The notes beneath the pieces were generated by a model. The model ran no database searches and had not been told where the DNA came from. It saw only the letters and a program-made list of their open reading frames with translations. A program made the position numbers and the translations under genes. Below are positions 1 through 11,414 of a stretch of DNA of 64,000 nucleotides, one piece after another. Source of the DNA: Podarcis cretensis (taxonomy: Eukaryota); assembly GCA_951804945.1 (NCBI GenBank), contig OX638155.1, positions 5,456,001-5,520,000 on the forward strand, written 5' to 3'. The number at the start of each line of letters is the position of its first letter. The stretch's first letter is position 1.

Positions 1-442
1 GCAGTGCTTTAAATGCTCACAATTATATGGTTAGTAAAGGTAAAAATTATTTCTGTTACACAACAAAGCAATATTTTAACTGTAAGGAGTTAAACTATAA
101 GCAGCTAGTAAGAAGGAAATGACATAATCAGATAATTGCTTCTGATGCATAACTTAATAAAACCAAGGTATTTGGATTTAAACTGAAACAAACTAAAAGA
201 CTGTAGCCCAGCATATGCTTTGTGTGCAAAAGATTTCAAGTATAATCCATAGAATTTCAGAAAAGCTTGGAAAGTCTCGTCTCTGAAGAAACCCTGGAGA
301 AACCCACAGTATCTCAGGCAATGTTAGCTGTTTGCAGGTGAAGTGGGAATCTTTTGACTCTCATTCCCTGATCAGCCTTGAAGGGAGTTATTTTTGTCAA
401 CTTGTTCCAAATTAAGCAAGTCATTTTCTTAAGCATCTAGAC

Positions 443-628
443 CAGGGATAGTCAACCTTTTTATACCTACCGCCCACTAGTGCATCTTTCTTGATGGTAA
501 ACTTTCCTTACCTCCCACCAGTGCTCAATGGAAGGAGTATTCACCTTGTGCCGTAGAACACCCTATGGCCCACCTAGAATCCTGAAATGCCCACTAGTGG
601 GTGGTAGGGACCAGGTTGACAACCCCTG
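443..628. mobile_element. hAT (Charlie-like) non-autonomous DNA transposon/MITE
   Basis: TIRs cagggatagtcaacct / aggttgacaacccctg (14/16 match). 8-bp TSD atctagac (435-442) / atctagat (629-636) fits the NTCTAGAN preference of Charlie elements. Confidence 0.8.
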
Positions 629-1033
629 ATCTAGATAATTAGATATGACCAGCAGATCCAGTGAAGGTGGAAATCAAAAACACCCAAAGCATTAAGAATT
701 GCTTATCTAACCCAGCCTTCCAGTGACTTGTGGGGACCTCAGATGAGTGGCACTCTAGGACAATGCTTGGGCTCATTCACACACACACCCTAAAAAAAAA
801 ACCCTTACAGGCAGATGGCCCTGGCGGAATCTTCCCAGCACACTTTGAATGTGCATAGGCAAGAAACAGCAAGCTTCTTCAGTTGATCAGAGGTCAGGTG
901 TGCCAACTTGAATAAAATACTGTGAGGGTTCAGGTAGGCCCTGCCCCGCATAATTGATCACATGATGCAGAACCCCCACATTTGAATGGGAATGCCCATC
1001 AACTTTGTGGGGGTCCAGCCCCCTCCAGCATTT

Positions 1034-1549
1034 CCCCCAGAGTGGCTGGAGAAACGCAGCCAGATGGGCGGGTGTGGCGTTTGCCCTCCTAGGTGTGTGA
1101 CATCATACTGGGTTCAACAGGAAAGCGTTAACTAATTGTAAAATGACTAACCTATAGGAACCCAAGGAGAGGAGTTAGAGTTGTTAAGAAGTCAGTCTGG
1201 AGTCAGAGAAGAGAGAGGGAGGATTAGTCTGTGGGTTGGGCTAGTCTGATGTGAGAGAGTGAGAGAAACTGTTAAGTTGAGATAATCAGTCAGAAGGTAT
1301 TAGGAAGGTATAGGCCGGTAAAGAAACTAAGGATAAGAAACTGACAAGAAAATTAACTGAGAAACCATACTTGTTAATGTTTACAAAATAAACTTGTTTA
1401 TTTGATTTAATTTTAACAACTGTCCGGACTCAGTGTGTACCTGAGAGTAACGGGTTGGTGGCAGCGGGGAAGCGAGCACAGTGGTGGCACTTGGATCAAT
1501 AGATCGTCAAACGTCCGGGGACCCTGTGTGATTGCCACAGCGGGGTATA

Positions 1550-1590
<41 letters not shown>
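1034..1590 (+). mobile_element. L2-type LINE 3' terminus split by the solo LTR, with (TAT)n tail
   Basis: cccagagtggctgg...cagccagatgggcggg[LTR]gtataa(tta)n is the same 3' end as the minus-strand L2 copy at 19449-19770. Confidence 0.65.
1073..1539 (+). mobile_element. Solo LTR (LTR retrotransposon/ERV) inserted into an L2 3' tail
   Basis: Starts TGTGGC and ends GCCACA. Perfect 5-bp TSD gcggg (1068-1072, 1540-1544). Internal AATAAA at about 1388. Confidence 0.8.
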
Positions 1591-1592
<2 letters not shown>

Positions 1593-2402
1593 TTTATTGT
1601 GGGGGCCAAAGGCCTGTAGGAGTTGGCTCCTATGGCCAGAGTCAAGGTAAGGTTGTCCAACCAAGGTAGGTAGCAGAAAATTCTTTTCCAGCTCCTACAG
1701 TTGTAGACTGTAAGGGAGGCTGTCAGTTAAGTAGTTAACCATGTTGCATATAAACTCTTTCACTTAGTGAAATTGTGGCCGAAATTGTGGCCCTACTTCA
1801 GTCTTCATTTTGTTGTCCTCCTGGTATGCTCATTCTAGATATGGAAGCAAAATGCTTATTATCTTTTAAATTCAAGTCCTTTAGTCTAACTGGGTAGAGG
1901 TTTTAAAGACAAGATGGCAATAAAATCAGATATATTTCTAATTTCTAGAAGTTATTTGTGGTAAGAAATGAAAAAATATATAAATATATATATGGCTTCT
2001 AAAATGTCTAAACTAAAGTAGTGAATAGGCCAGGAAGGAAATGATCAGGAAGGGTGCCTGGTTTTACTGAAATAATGTTATAAGATACACACAATAAAAT
2101 GGTGATATTTGGAATGTTACTTTAATATACAGTACAATCCTATATATGGTTACTCACAAGTAAATTTCCAATGTGATTTATTCCCAGGTAAGTTTGTGTA
2201 GGATTGCAGCCTTAATGTCCTGTTAGCTACAGTGATCCTTTACTGGAGAAAAGCAAAGAAACAAAGCAAAGAAAATCTCATTAAATACAACATTAAATAT
2301 GCGTTGGTAATATTATTGGTAAAAGTTATCCACACATGCAGGAAGTAAACTGCTTAATCGTGTCAACTAGGCTGTCTTTGCCTTTTGTATGACTTTAGCC
2401 AT

Positions 2403-2444
2403 TGCAGTTTTTGGTTGAGACTCTGGGCGCCGCTGTTTACCAAT
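2403..2444 (+). promoter_or_regulatory. CSE / CTCF site of V1 promoter (CGCT box + CCAAT)
   Basis: tgcag-N12-actctgggcgccgctgtttaccaat. CGCT lies 205 bp before the ATG, and the motif recurs before every exon. Confidence 0.85.
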
Positions 2445-2635
2445 GAGAAAGCAAACTGAAATGAAAGATGCAGGGTAAGTTCTTGCACATTGCTAGAAAG
2501 GCAGCTAAATTGGCACACGTCCTCTCTCTCAGTGAAACAGTATAGATTAACAAAAGGATTTTCTGGTTCTTTGCTACAAGATCCTTTGCCACGAGAAAGA
2601 GAAATAGGTAGATGCTCCAAAGGTAATTCTTTGAA

Positions 2636-5050
2636 ATGGCAGCTGCCCTGAGACTCCGACAAGACAGTGGCTCCTTCTGGTTTGCTTTTATTGCCATTTG
2701 GCAGACAAATTATGGGCAGCTCCACTACTCGGTTCCTGAGGAAGTCCCAAAAGGCTCTTTGATTGGGAATATAGCAGAGGACCTGGGACTGGGTTCCAAG
2801 AAATTGTCAGACAACAGAGTTCGCATCATCTCTGAAGGTATGCTTCAATATTTTACTTTGAATTCTAAGAATGGCCAGTTATATGTCTCCGAAAGGATAG
2901 ACAGAGAAGAAATATGCAGGTGGGAAGAGAAGTGTGTTTTAAGTCTTGAAGTCCTTGTTGAGGATAAAATGAAACTGTTCACTGTAGAAATTGAAATCAC
3001 AGATATAAATGACAATGCTCAAACTTTCACCCAGGAACGCTTAGATCTTAAAATAAGTGAAACGGCCATTGTAGGGACTCGTATTGCCTTGCAAGAAGCT
3101 CAGGATTCTGACACTGGAGATTATTCCCTTCAGAACTACCATCTGAGCAGCAGCAGGTATTTCTCCCTGAAACTGCAGAGCAGATCTGAAAAGGACAAGT
3201 TTCCTGAACTGGTGCTAGAGAAATCTTTGGACAGAGAAGCGGAAGCATTTTACTCACTCATCCTAACGGCCACTGATGGTGGGCATCCTGTGAGGTCTGG
3301 CACTCTGCAGATCTATGTAACGGTTCTTGATGCAAATGATAACGCACCCATTTTCAACCAACCTCTCTATAAAGTGAGTGTTTTGGAAAGTGTTTCCATA
3401 GGCTCTCTGCTGCTTACTGTAAATGCTACAGATGCCGATGAGGAAACAAATTCTGAGGTGATTTACTCATTCCTAAAAATAAAGGAGATAGCATCACAGC
3501 TCTTTCAAATAAATTCTAGAAATGGGGAGATATCAACAACAGGGAAGTTGGACTATGAAGAAGATGCATTACATGAAATGGAAGTTCAAGCAAAGGACAA
3601 TGGAGGTCTCTCCGACAGGGCTAAAGTGTTGATCATCCTTATTGACGTTAATGACAATATCCCCAAGATAACTATCACTACCTTCTTCAGTTCAATCAGT
3701 GAAGGAAGCTCTCCAGGAACTGTGGTTGCTCTACTAAACATACAAGACAGAGATAAGGGTGAGAATGGAGAAATCTTGTGCTCAGTTCCTAAAACTCTTC
3801 CTTTCCACTTAGAGAAATCCTTTGATACCTATTACCATTTGATGACTGACAGAGTTCTTGACAGAGAAGAAACTTCAAATTATAGTATAACTATCATGGC
3901 TACAGACAAAGGGAACCCTCCATTATCAACCACTACGGTGTTCTTTGTAGAAATTTCAGATGTAAATGACAATGCCCCAATCTTCAATAACATACAATAT
4001 ACTTCTTATGTAACTGAGAATAATATCAGAGGAGCATCCGTTTACTACATGAAAGCAAGTGATCCTGACTGCATGGAAAATGCTACAATCACGTTTTCAA
4101 TCATTGATCAAATTGTTGGCGATTCTACTCTTTCATCCTACCTTTCTATTAACTCTGAAACCGGGGTTGTTTATGCCTTGATCTCCTTTGATTATGAAGA
4201 GATTAAAGAGATTAATTTCCTGGTCAAGGCTCAGGATGGAGGGTCTCCACCACTCAGCTCCAACGCCTCAGTGACGCTCTTCATCCTGGACCAGAATGAC
4301 AATGCTCCCCAAATCCTGTACCCCTCCCCTCCCACTGACGGCTCCACGGGGATAGAGCTGGCCCCTCGCTCCTCTGAGCCAGGCTACCTGGCCACTAAGG
4401 TGGTGGCCGTGGATGCAGACTCTGGCCAGAATGCCTGGCTCTCCTACCAGCTGATCAAGGCCACTGAGCCAGGGCTCTTCACTCTGGGGCTCCACACGGG
4501 AGAGATCAGGACGGCCCGCTTCTTTCTGGAGAAAGATACCCTCAAGCAAAGCCTGGTGGTTTTAGTCAAGGACAATGGGCAGCCTCCAATGTCGGCTTCA
4601 GTCACTGTCACTGTGGTCTTGGCTGACAGCATCCCTGACATGCTGACTGATCTGAGCAGTGTCCCAGTATCTGAAGACCCACAGTCAGATCTCACCTTCT
4701 ACTTGGTGACTGCAGTGGCTTTTGTCTCCTGCTTGTTCCTCGCCTTCCTCCTTGTGTTATTGGCACTCAAACTTCGCAGGTGGAAAAATTCTCAGTTGTG
4801 TGACAATGGAAGTGTGCATTTTGATGGTGCTCCCATCTCTCAATTTGTGGGGATTGACGGAGTCCGGGCATTTCTTCAGTCTTATTGCCATGAGGTTTCA
4901 CTGACTTCAGGCTCTCGGAAAAGCCAGATTTTTTTCCCAATCGGAAGCTGTACCAATACTCTGACACCACAACAGGCTCCTGATAAGCCAGGCCCTGTGT
5001 TACTCATAGGTGATTCTAACACTGTTACGGAGGAGGCAGCAACCTGTCAA
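2636..5050 (+). CDS. PCDHGA: Protocadherin gamma-A-like variable exon V1 (805 codons to donor)
   Basis: Signal peptide, six cadherin repeats (DxNDN, DRE, DxD), EC1 C-X5-C, TM, and gamma-A cytoplasmic motif [21 protein letters not shown]. Donor CAA|GTGAGT at 5050/5051; unspliced stop at 5062. A numbered human ortholog cannot be assigned. Confidence 0.93.
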
Positions 5051-5419
5051 GTGAGTACATGAATTTCAGTACTTCCGTTTATTTTAAAGTTCAGAAAGTC
5101 AGTTCTTTTATTTTTCCTTATTCAATAGGTTTCATTTTATGTAATTTAATTAAGTTTCTTAAATAACAAAGCTTAATTTTTTGCAACAAATTTTGGTGTC
5201 ATTTACTTTTTTTAACAGATGAAGCAACTACTTCATTAATTTAAATAAATATTGCATTTTATTTAGGTAGTGTTTTAATGATTCCTCTGAGCATAAAATT
5301 TGTTATTGATGGGGATAGCAAAGCCAGAGCACGTATTGCATCAAAGTAATCTTATCTGCATAATTTCTATAAGATGGTTGTAAGAAGCCATCAGGGGATT
5401 TGGAGGGCAGTGTCACCGA

Positions 5420-6345
5420 CACTTAGATGACACTTAGGTCCATTTTTGCATATCATCAGAAGCAAGAGAAGCTGTTCAGGTCCTGAATCACTGTCTGCAG
5501 GTAGTATTGAGCTGGATATGGGCCATTAAATTCAAGCTAAATTCTGACAAGATGCAGGCATTGTAGGTTGGCAGTTTCCAGATCTGAGGACTAGGTTGAT
5601 GACCTGTTCTGGAAGAGATAACAATTGTCTTTAAAGGAACCACATTGTAGCCTGGGGCTGTTGTTGAATTCTACATTGTCACTGGAGTCTGAAGTGACAT
5701 ATCTGGCGAAGAATGCCTATTACCTGCTTTGACAGGTTCTTCAGCTACAGTTGTTCTGCTACTATGACCCAGGCTCAGGTAATCCCCTGAACGGATTACT
5801 ATTACTATATGGAGCTATCCCTGTAGATGGCTCAGAAGATACAGCTAAGCACAGTATGCACCTCCCAGATTGCTGAATGGTACAGCCAGTCTTGTCCAAA
5901 CAGCACTGGTCCTGAAGAACTGATGCTGAGTGTCTGTACATTTCTGACCCCAATTCAAGGAAGGAATATCTGATTCTGTATGAAACTGTCCAGTTTGGTG
6001 TCTCTCTGTGTGTGCATTCTCATTGTTCGCCTATCTAATGAAGTGGAGGGGGGAGCATGCAGGAAAAAACCTTCTTTATTTGAGAACTTCACTTTTGCCC
6101 CTTATCTTATTGCGCTTTCTGTGCCACTTAAGGACAAACCTCTTTGCTCAGGCTTTTGGAGAGGGGTTGGTACTGTGGCCAGTAGTTGTTAGGGTATCAC
6201 CTGCAACGTAAGGGTCCATTTTTTAGAGTTACTGTGTATGTTTCACATGTTTTGTATTGTGTTTTATGTTTTATGGTATTTGATCTGCTCTATATTTTGT
6301 TGTAACTCCCCCTGGGATCAGTGATGAGGGGCGGCTTTACAAACA
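5420..6345 (+). mobile_element. Old degraded L2-clade LINE fragment (ORF2 C-terminal half and 3' end)
   Basis: Remnant translations DDT..., WIWAIKFKLNSDK (cf. WMxxNxLKLNxxK), DY...L and RTNLFAQAF, with multiple stops and frameshifts. Confidence 0.6.
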
Positions 6346-6586
6346 GAAGCAAGGACTCTCATGTTCCAGAAGACACTACTTTTAAGCAATTTGTATTGGA
6401 AAACATCTCCTAATAGAACTGTGATCAGTAATGAAAAGACCAGTGTGTCTTGGTACCAACACATATGTTTGCAATAATGATTGGCTTCACAAGCTGTGTG
6501 CCATAATGTCAGGGTGCAGTAATAGCCATTTCACTGCATCCAATATTGAAAAATGGGTGGAGAGGAGGTGGGTTAAAGTGGAAAAG

Positions 6587-6786
6587 AAAGGTAAAGGCAA
6601 AAGACCCCCGGACAGTTAAGTCCAGTCAAAGGTGAATATGGGGTGCAGTGCTCATCTTACTTCAGGGCAAGGCAGCTGGTGTTTGTCCTCTTGACAGCTT
6701 TCCAGATCATGTGGCCAGCATGTCTAAACTGCTTCTGGTGCAACAGGACACCATGACGAGTGCCAGAGCACATGGAAATGCCGTTT
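6587..6786 (-). mobile_element. Sauria SINE, 5'-truncated
   Basis: The tail reads aaaggtaaagg on +, followed by typical body text (catgtggccagcatg...ggaaatgccgttt). Similar to the copy at 7381. Confidence 0.7.
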
Positions 6787-6920
6787 TCATTTTCATCATA
6801 TATAATTTTTGCATCGTATGTGAGACTGCTACTGAACAGATTCATTATTCAGTTCCCAAGGAAATGGCAATTTCCCAAGGAAATTGTGGGGAATATTGCA
6901 AAGGATCTTTGGTGGAGATG
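6785..6920 (+). pseudogene. Relic 5' fragment of a V2-like gamma-A exon
   Basis: FCIVCETATEQIHYSVPKEM...VGNIAKDL closely matches V2 (about 9031-9150). It is frameshifted and has no ATG region, no CSE and no remainder of the exon. Confidence 0.8.
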
Positions 6921-7380
6921 AATTGTTTCTTAGTCAAAACATGAGATCAGCTCTGTGGTTTCTGTGGCCAATCAAAAATTTGCTTAGAAGCTTGTTCCAC
7001 CTTCTTAACAACCCTGAACTTGCATATCAGAATATAACTGATCTGCAGAAAGGACTTTATGATCTGAAAATAAAGACAATGTACACACTTTTGTAGCCCA
7101 ATATAATCTTTAATAATCTTTAATAAAAACAATTAAAAAGTGAGTGAGAGAGAGAGATAGAGAGAAAATCAGCTAGTTCTGGCCAGTGAGAGAAATGAAC
7201 CAACTTAAGGATGTATATTCAAACTGAAACAGGGAATTGCTGTCTATTTAGGGTTCACTGTGGTGGTGTGAATTTCCAGGCACTCTAGATGGCACCTTTT
7301 AGCTACATTGGAATATAGAACTATATCACAGGTACAAATAAAAAATGTGTTGTGTGAGGGGCACTGGCATTGTATTAGTT

Positions 7381-7545
7381 AAAGGTAAAGGTACCCCTGC
7401 CCGTACGGGCCAGTCTTGACAGACTCTGGGGTTGTGCGCCCATCTCACTTAAGAGGCCAGGGGCCAGCGCTGTCTGGAGACACTTCCGGGTCACGTGGCC
7501 AGCGTGACATCGCTGCTCTGGCGAGCCAGAGCCGCACACGGAAAC
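7381..7545 (-). mobile_element. Sauria SINE, 5'-truncated, with TSD
   Basis: aaaggtaaaggtacccctg...gactctggggttg...cacttccgggtcacgtggccagc...cacggaaac. TSD gtattagtt at 7372-7380 and 7546-7554. CpGs are retained, suggesting a young copy. Confidence 0.85.
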
Positions 7546-8738
7546 GTATTAGTTACCAGTTATCAATAAAGACCTTTTGGAATCATTATGAATTGCCACT
7601 TGAAATGGTCAGGTAAGTGCACTGCAGTTGTCAATCAGAAATCAGAACAGAGCAAGAACATAATACAAAAGCTGTTATAAAGGTCCAACCATGCTTCGAG
7701 AAAATGGTGCTGTTCCTGATCATGCTTAAAAAGGATATAGCATAACTCAAAAGAAGTATAGAAAAGGCCAATGAAAACTATCTAGAAAGACAAGTCTTCC
7801 ATATGAGGTAAGTTTAAAAGATTAATGCTGATCCTAAGCCACACTGCATACCTGCAGGGGAGCAAAGAAGTGGAAGCGCTATGGAGAGGCTATAGGGCAT
7901 TTTTTTCCTTGTTCACACTGGGATCCCCACACTCAATAGCCATTTCCAACCATTTTACACAATGCTAAAACAAACTCAGATTCAATACACCAGCAAATAA
8001 CAACAACATATGCAATAAGCTATGCAATACAGTACCAGATTTCATTCAGTTGTTTTTTTAATGTCACCTTTAATGTATGTCTCGGTGTTACATATAACAG
8101 AAATTTTGACACTGAATATTTTTTTAGAACATATGGAATACACATAAGGTTGCTGTGCTACCAGAATGACTGTGTGGAACTGTAATCCTGTTACCTGGAT
8201 AACAGCTATACAAGTGGGACTTTGTTATATTTAGGAAATATAATAATTAGCACACTGATCATTAAAAGTGTATGTGAGATGTTTGGGTAGGTGGGAATCA
8301 TCCATAAAATAATCCTGTCATAATATAAAGCACCATGCAAAATACCTAGGACACAGCATACCTATATAAAAAGCTACAGTTTGCTGCAGTGTAATCCACA
8401 TTTTTTTTTTAATCAATAACTGAAATGTTTGGGTCATGCACCTGACTGCCCCGTGTCCATTGCTTGCTATGGGGTGGGAGGAGAGAAGAAGACCATTATA
8501 ATTTGTAAATCTCAACCAACATCACTAGCATATATGAGCATGTACCTAAATGCATTGCAATAGGAACATGCTGGACAATTTCTGCATTGTTATTGTAAGT
8601 AAAGCAAGATCCTCTGAGTTGTTTTACTTTGGAGCTTCTCCCAGGAGGATCATTTGCTTGGAATGATAGATATTCCTCTATCAGAATGAAAGTACAAAAG
8701 GCATACACCCCATCTGAGGAATTCTTGTAACATGCTGG

Positions 8739-8775
8739 TGCAGTTTTTGGTTGAGACTCTGGGTGTCGCTGCTCC
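8739..8775 (+). promoter_or_regulatory. CSE / CTCF site of V2 promoter
   Basis: tgcagtttttggttgagactctgggtgtcgctg; CGCT 218 bp before the ATG. Confidence 0.85.
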
Positions 8776-8984
8776 CTAACCAGGCAGAGAAATGCACTGA
8801 GAGATGTTGCCATCTCAGTGCTGCTGCTCCACCTAGAAAGGGAATGCAAGGGAACAGAAACAAAGAAGATCTAGGAAGATCTAGGAAGATCCACTGGATT
8901 TGCTATTTTATTTTATTTTATTTTTGCTAAGATATTGGACCATCCAGGTTTAAGGGACTGAAAGTAAGAAGATAACATCTGGAA

Positions 8985-11414
8985 ATGGCTATTGCAACAC
9001 ATTTCTGTCTTAGGTTCTACAAGGACACAGCTTTCATTTCCATCATATTTTTTTGCATCGCATGTGAGACTGCTGCGGAACAGATTCATTATTCAGTTCC
9101 TGAGGAAATGCCAAAAGGTTCCTTTGTGGGGAATATTGCAAAGGATCTTAGACTGGATATAAAGGATTTTTCACATTATGGAGTCAGCTTTGTTTGCAGA
9201 GGTAAGATGGAATATTTTGCTTTAAACAATAAGAATGGCCATTTATACATTAAGGAAAGACTGGACAGAGAGCAGACCTGTCCCCAGATACAAAGATGTC
9301 TCTTTAATTGTGAAGTTATTATAGAAGATGCAATGAAGATTTATACAATTGAAGTAGAAATAATTGATGTCAACGACAATGCTCCAAGCTTCAAATCAGC
9401 TCAACTTCAGATAAAAATCAGTGAGATGACTGAAGGTGGGACACGATTCCGTCTGGAAGATGCCCAGGATCCAGATTTAGGGATGAATTCTGTCCAGAAT
9501 TATAAACTTAGTGCAAACAGACACTTTTCTCTGGATCTACAAACTAGATTGGATAGTGCAATATATGCAGAGATTGTACTGGAAACATCACTGGACCGAG
9601 AAGAACAAAATGTGCATGACCTTATCCTCACCGCCTTTGATGGGGGGGATCCACCTAAATCTGGAACAACCCAAATCCATATTATTGTCCTTGATGCAAA
9701 TGACAACACACCCATCTTCAGCCAACTTGTATACAAAGTGACCATTGCAGAAAATGCGCCCACAGGCTATACAGTAGTCACAGTAAGAGCCACTGACCTG
9801 GATGAAGGAATCAACAGAGAAATAACATACTCCTTCAGAAAAATATCTGACGCAGCTTCTCAAAACTTCCACATAAACTCAGAAGCAGGTGAAATTATTC
9901 TTGTGGGGAACCTGGATTATGAAGAATCTACATTGTATGAAATAGAGATTCAGGCCATTGATGGGGGAGGACTATTTAATATATCAGAAGTTGTGATTTT
10001 TGTAAGTGATGTTAATGACAATGCACCTGAAATAGCTGTCAGGTCACTTGCCAATTCAGTTCCTGAGGATTCTCAAGCAGGAACTGCCATTGCCTTGATA
10101 AACGTGCACGATGATGATTCTGGAGAGAATGGGAAAGTCATATGTTCTATTCCTAGTAATATCCCTTTCCAATTAACAAAAGCAAATGCTAACTATTACA
10201 CTATGGTCATTGCTAGACCGCTGGACAGGGAGCAAGTAGCAGCCTACAACATCACCATCACAGCCTTGGATCAAGGCATGCCACCTCTTTCATCAACCAC
10301 CTTAATCCTCCTTCAGGTTTTAGACAAGAATGACAATGCTCCATACTTTATGCAACCAGAATACACTTTTTACCTTGTAGAGAACAACCAGAGAGGGGAC
10401 TCTATATTTTCTCTGAAAACAGAGGATCCAGACTGGGGAGAAAATTCAAAAACAACCTATTCCATCATTGAAAGTCAAATGTTTGATTCCTCACTCTCCT
10501 CCTACCTTTCCATTAATTCGGAAACAGGGGTTGGCTATGCCTTGAAAACCTTTGATTATGAAGAGTTTCGGGAGATTAAGTTCCATGTAAGGGCTCAGGA
10601 CGGAGGCTCTCCACCACTCAGCTCCAACGTCTCAGTGACTCTCTTCATCCTGGACCAGAATGACAATGCTCCCCAAATCCTTTACCCCTCCCCTCCGACT
10701 GACGGCTCCACGGGGATAGAGCTGGCCCCTCGCTCCTCTGAGCCAGGCTACCTGGTCACTAAGGTGGTGGCCGTGGATGCAGACTCTGGCCAGAATGCCT
10801 GGCTTTCCTACCAGCTGATCAAGGCCACTGAGCCAGGGCTCTTCACTCTGGGGCTCCACACAGGAGAGATCAGGACGGCCCGCTTCTTTCTGGAGAAAGA
10901 TGCCCTCAAGCAAAGCCTGGTGGTTTTAGTCAAGGACAATGGGCAGCCTCCAATGTCGGCTTCAGTCACTGTCACTGTGGTCTTGGCTGACAGCATCCCT
11001 GACATGCTGACTGATTTGAGCAGCGTCCCAGTATCTGAAGATCCACAGTCAGATCTCACCTTCTACTTGGTGACTGCAGTGGCTTTTGTCTCCTGCTTGT
11101 TCCTTGCCTTCCTCCTTGTGTTATTGGCACTCAAACTTCGCAGATGGAAAAATTCTCAGCTGTCTGATAATGCAAGTTTGAATTTCAGTGGTGCACCAGT
11201 TTCACAGTTTGTGGGGATTGACGGAGTCCGGGCATTTCTTCAGTCTTATTGCCATGAGGTTTCACTGACTTCAGGCTCTCGGAAAAGTCAGATTCTTTTT
11301 CCAATCGGAAGCTGTACCAATACTCTGACCCCACAACAGGCTCCTGATAAGCCAGGCCCTGTGTTACTCATAGGTGATTCTAACACGGGTACGGAGGAGG
11401 CAGCAACCCACCAG
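8985..11414 (+). CDS. PCDHGA: Protocadherin gamma-A-like variable exon V2 (810 codons to donor)
   Basis: Same domain architecture as V1. Donor CAG|GTGAGT at 11414/11415; unspliced stop at 11426. Confidence 0.93.

Noticed and set aside
1435-1650. ORF with a poly-Tyr run
   Set aside because: Translation of LTR sequence plus a (TAT)n tail.
4268-4695. Recurrent antisense ORFs (93 aa MLEGIF..., 83 aa MRSD...) in every gamma-A exon, and analogous overlapping ORFs in the gamma-B exons
   Set aside because: They recur only because the underlying sense-strand DNA is homogenised; there is no independent coding signal.
8865-8892. Short tandem repeat (gaagatctag)x2.8 in the V2 5' region
   Set aside because: Simple slippage duplication, absent from the other promoters, with no evidence of function.
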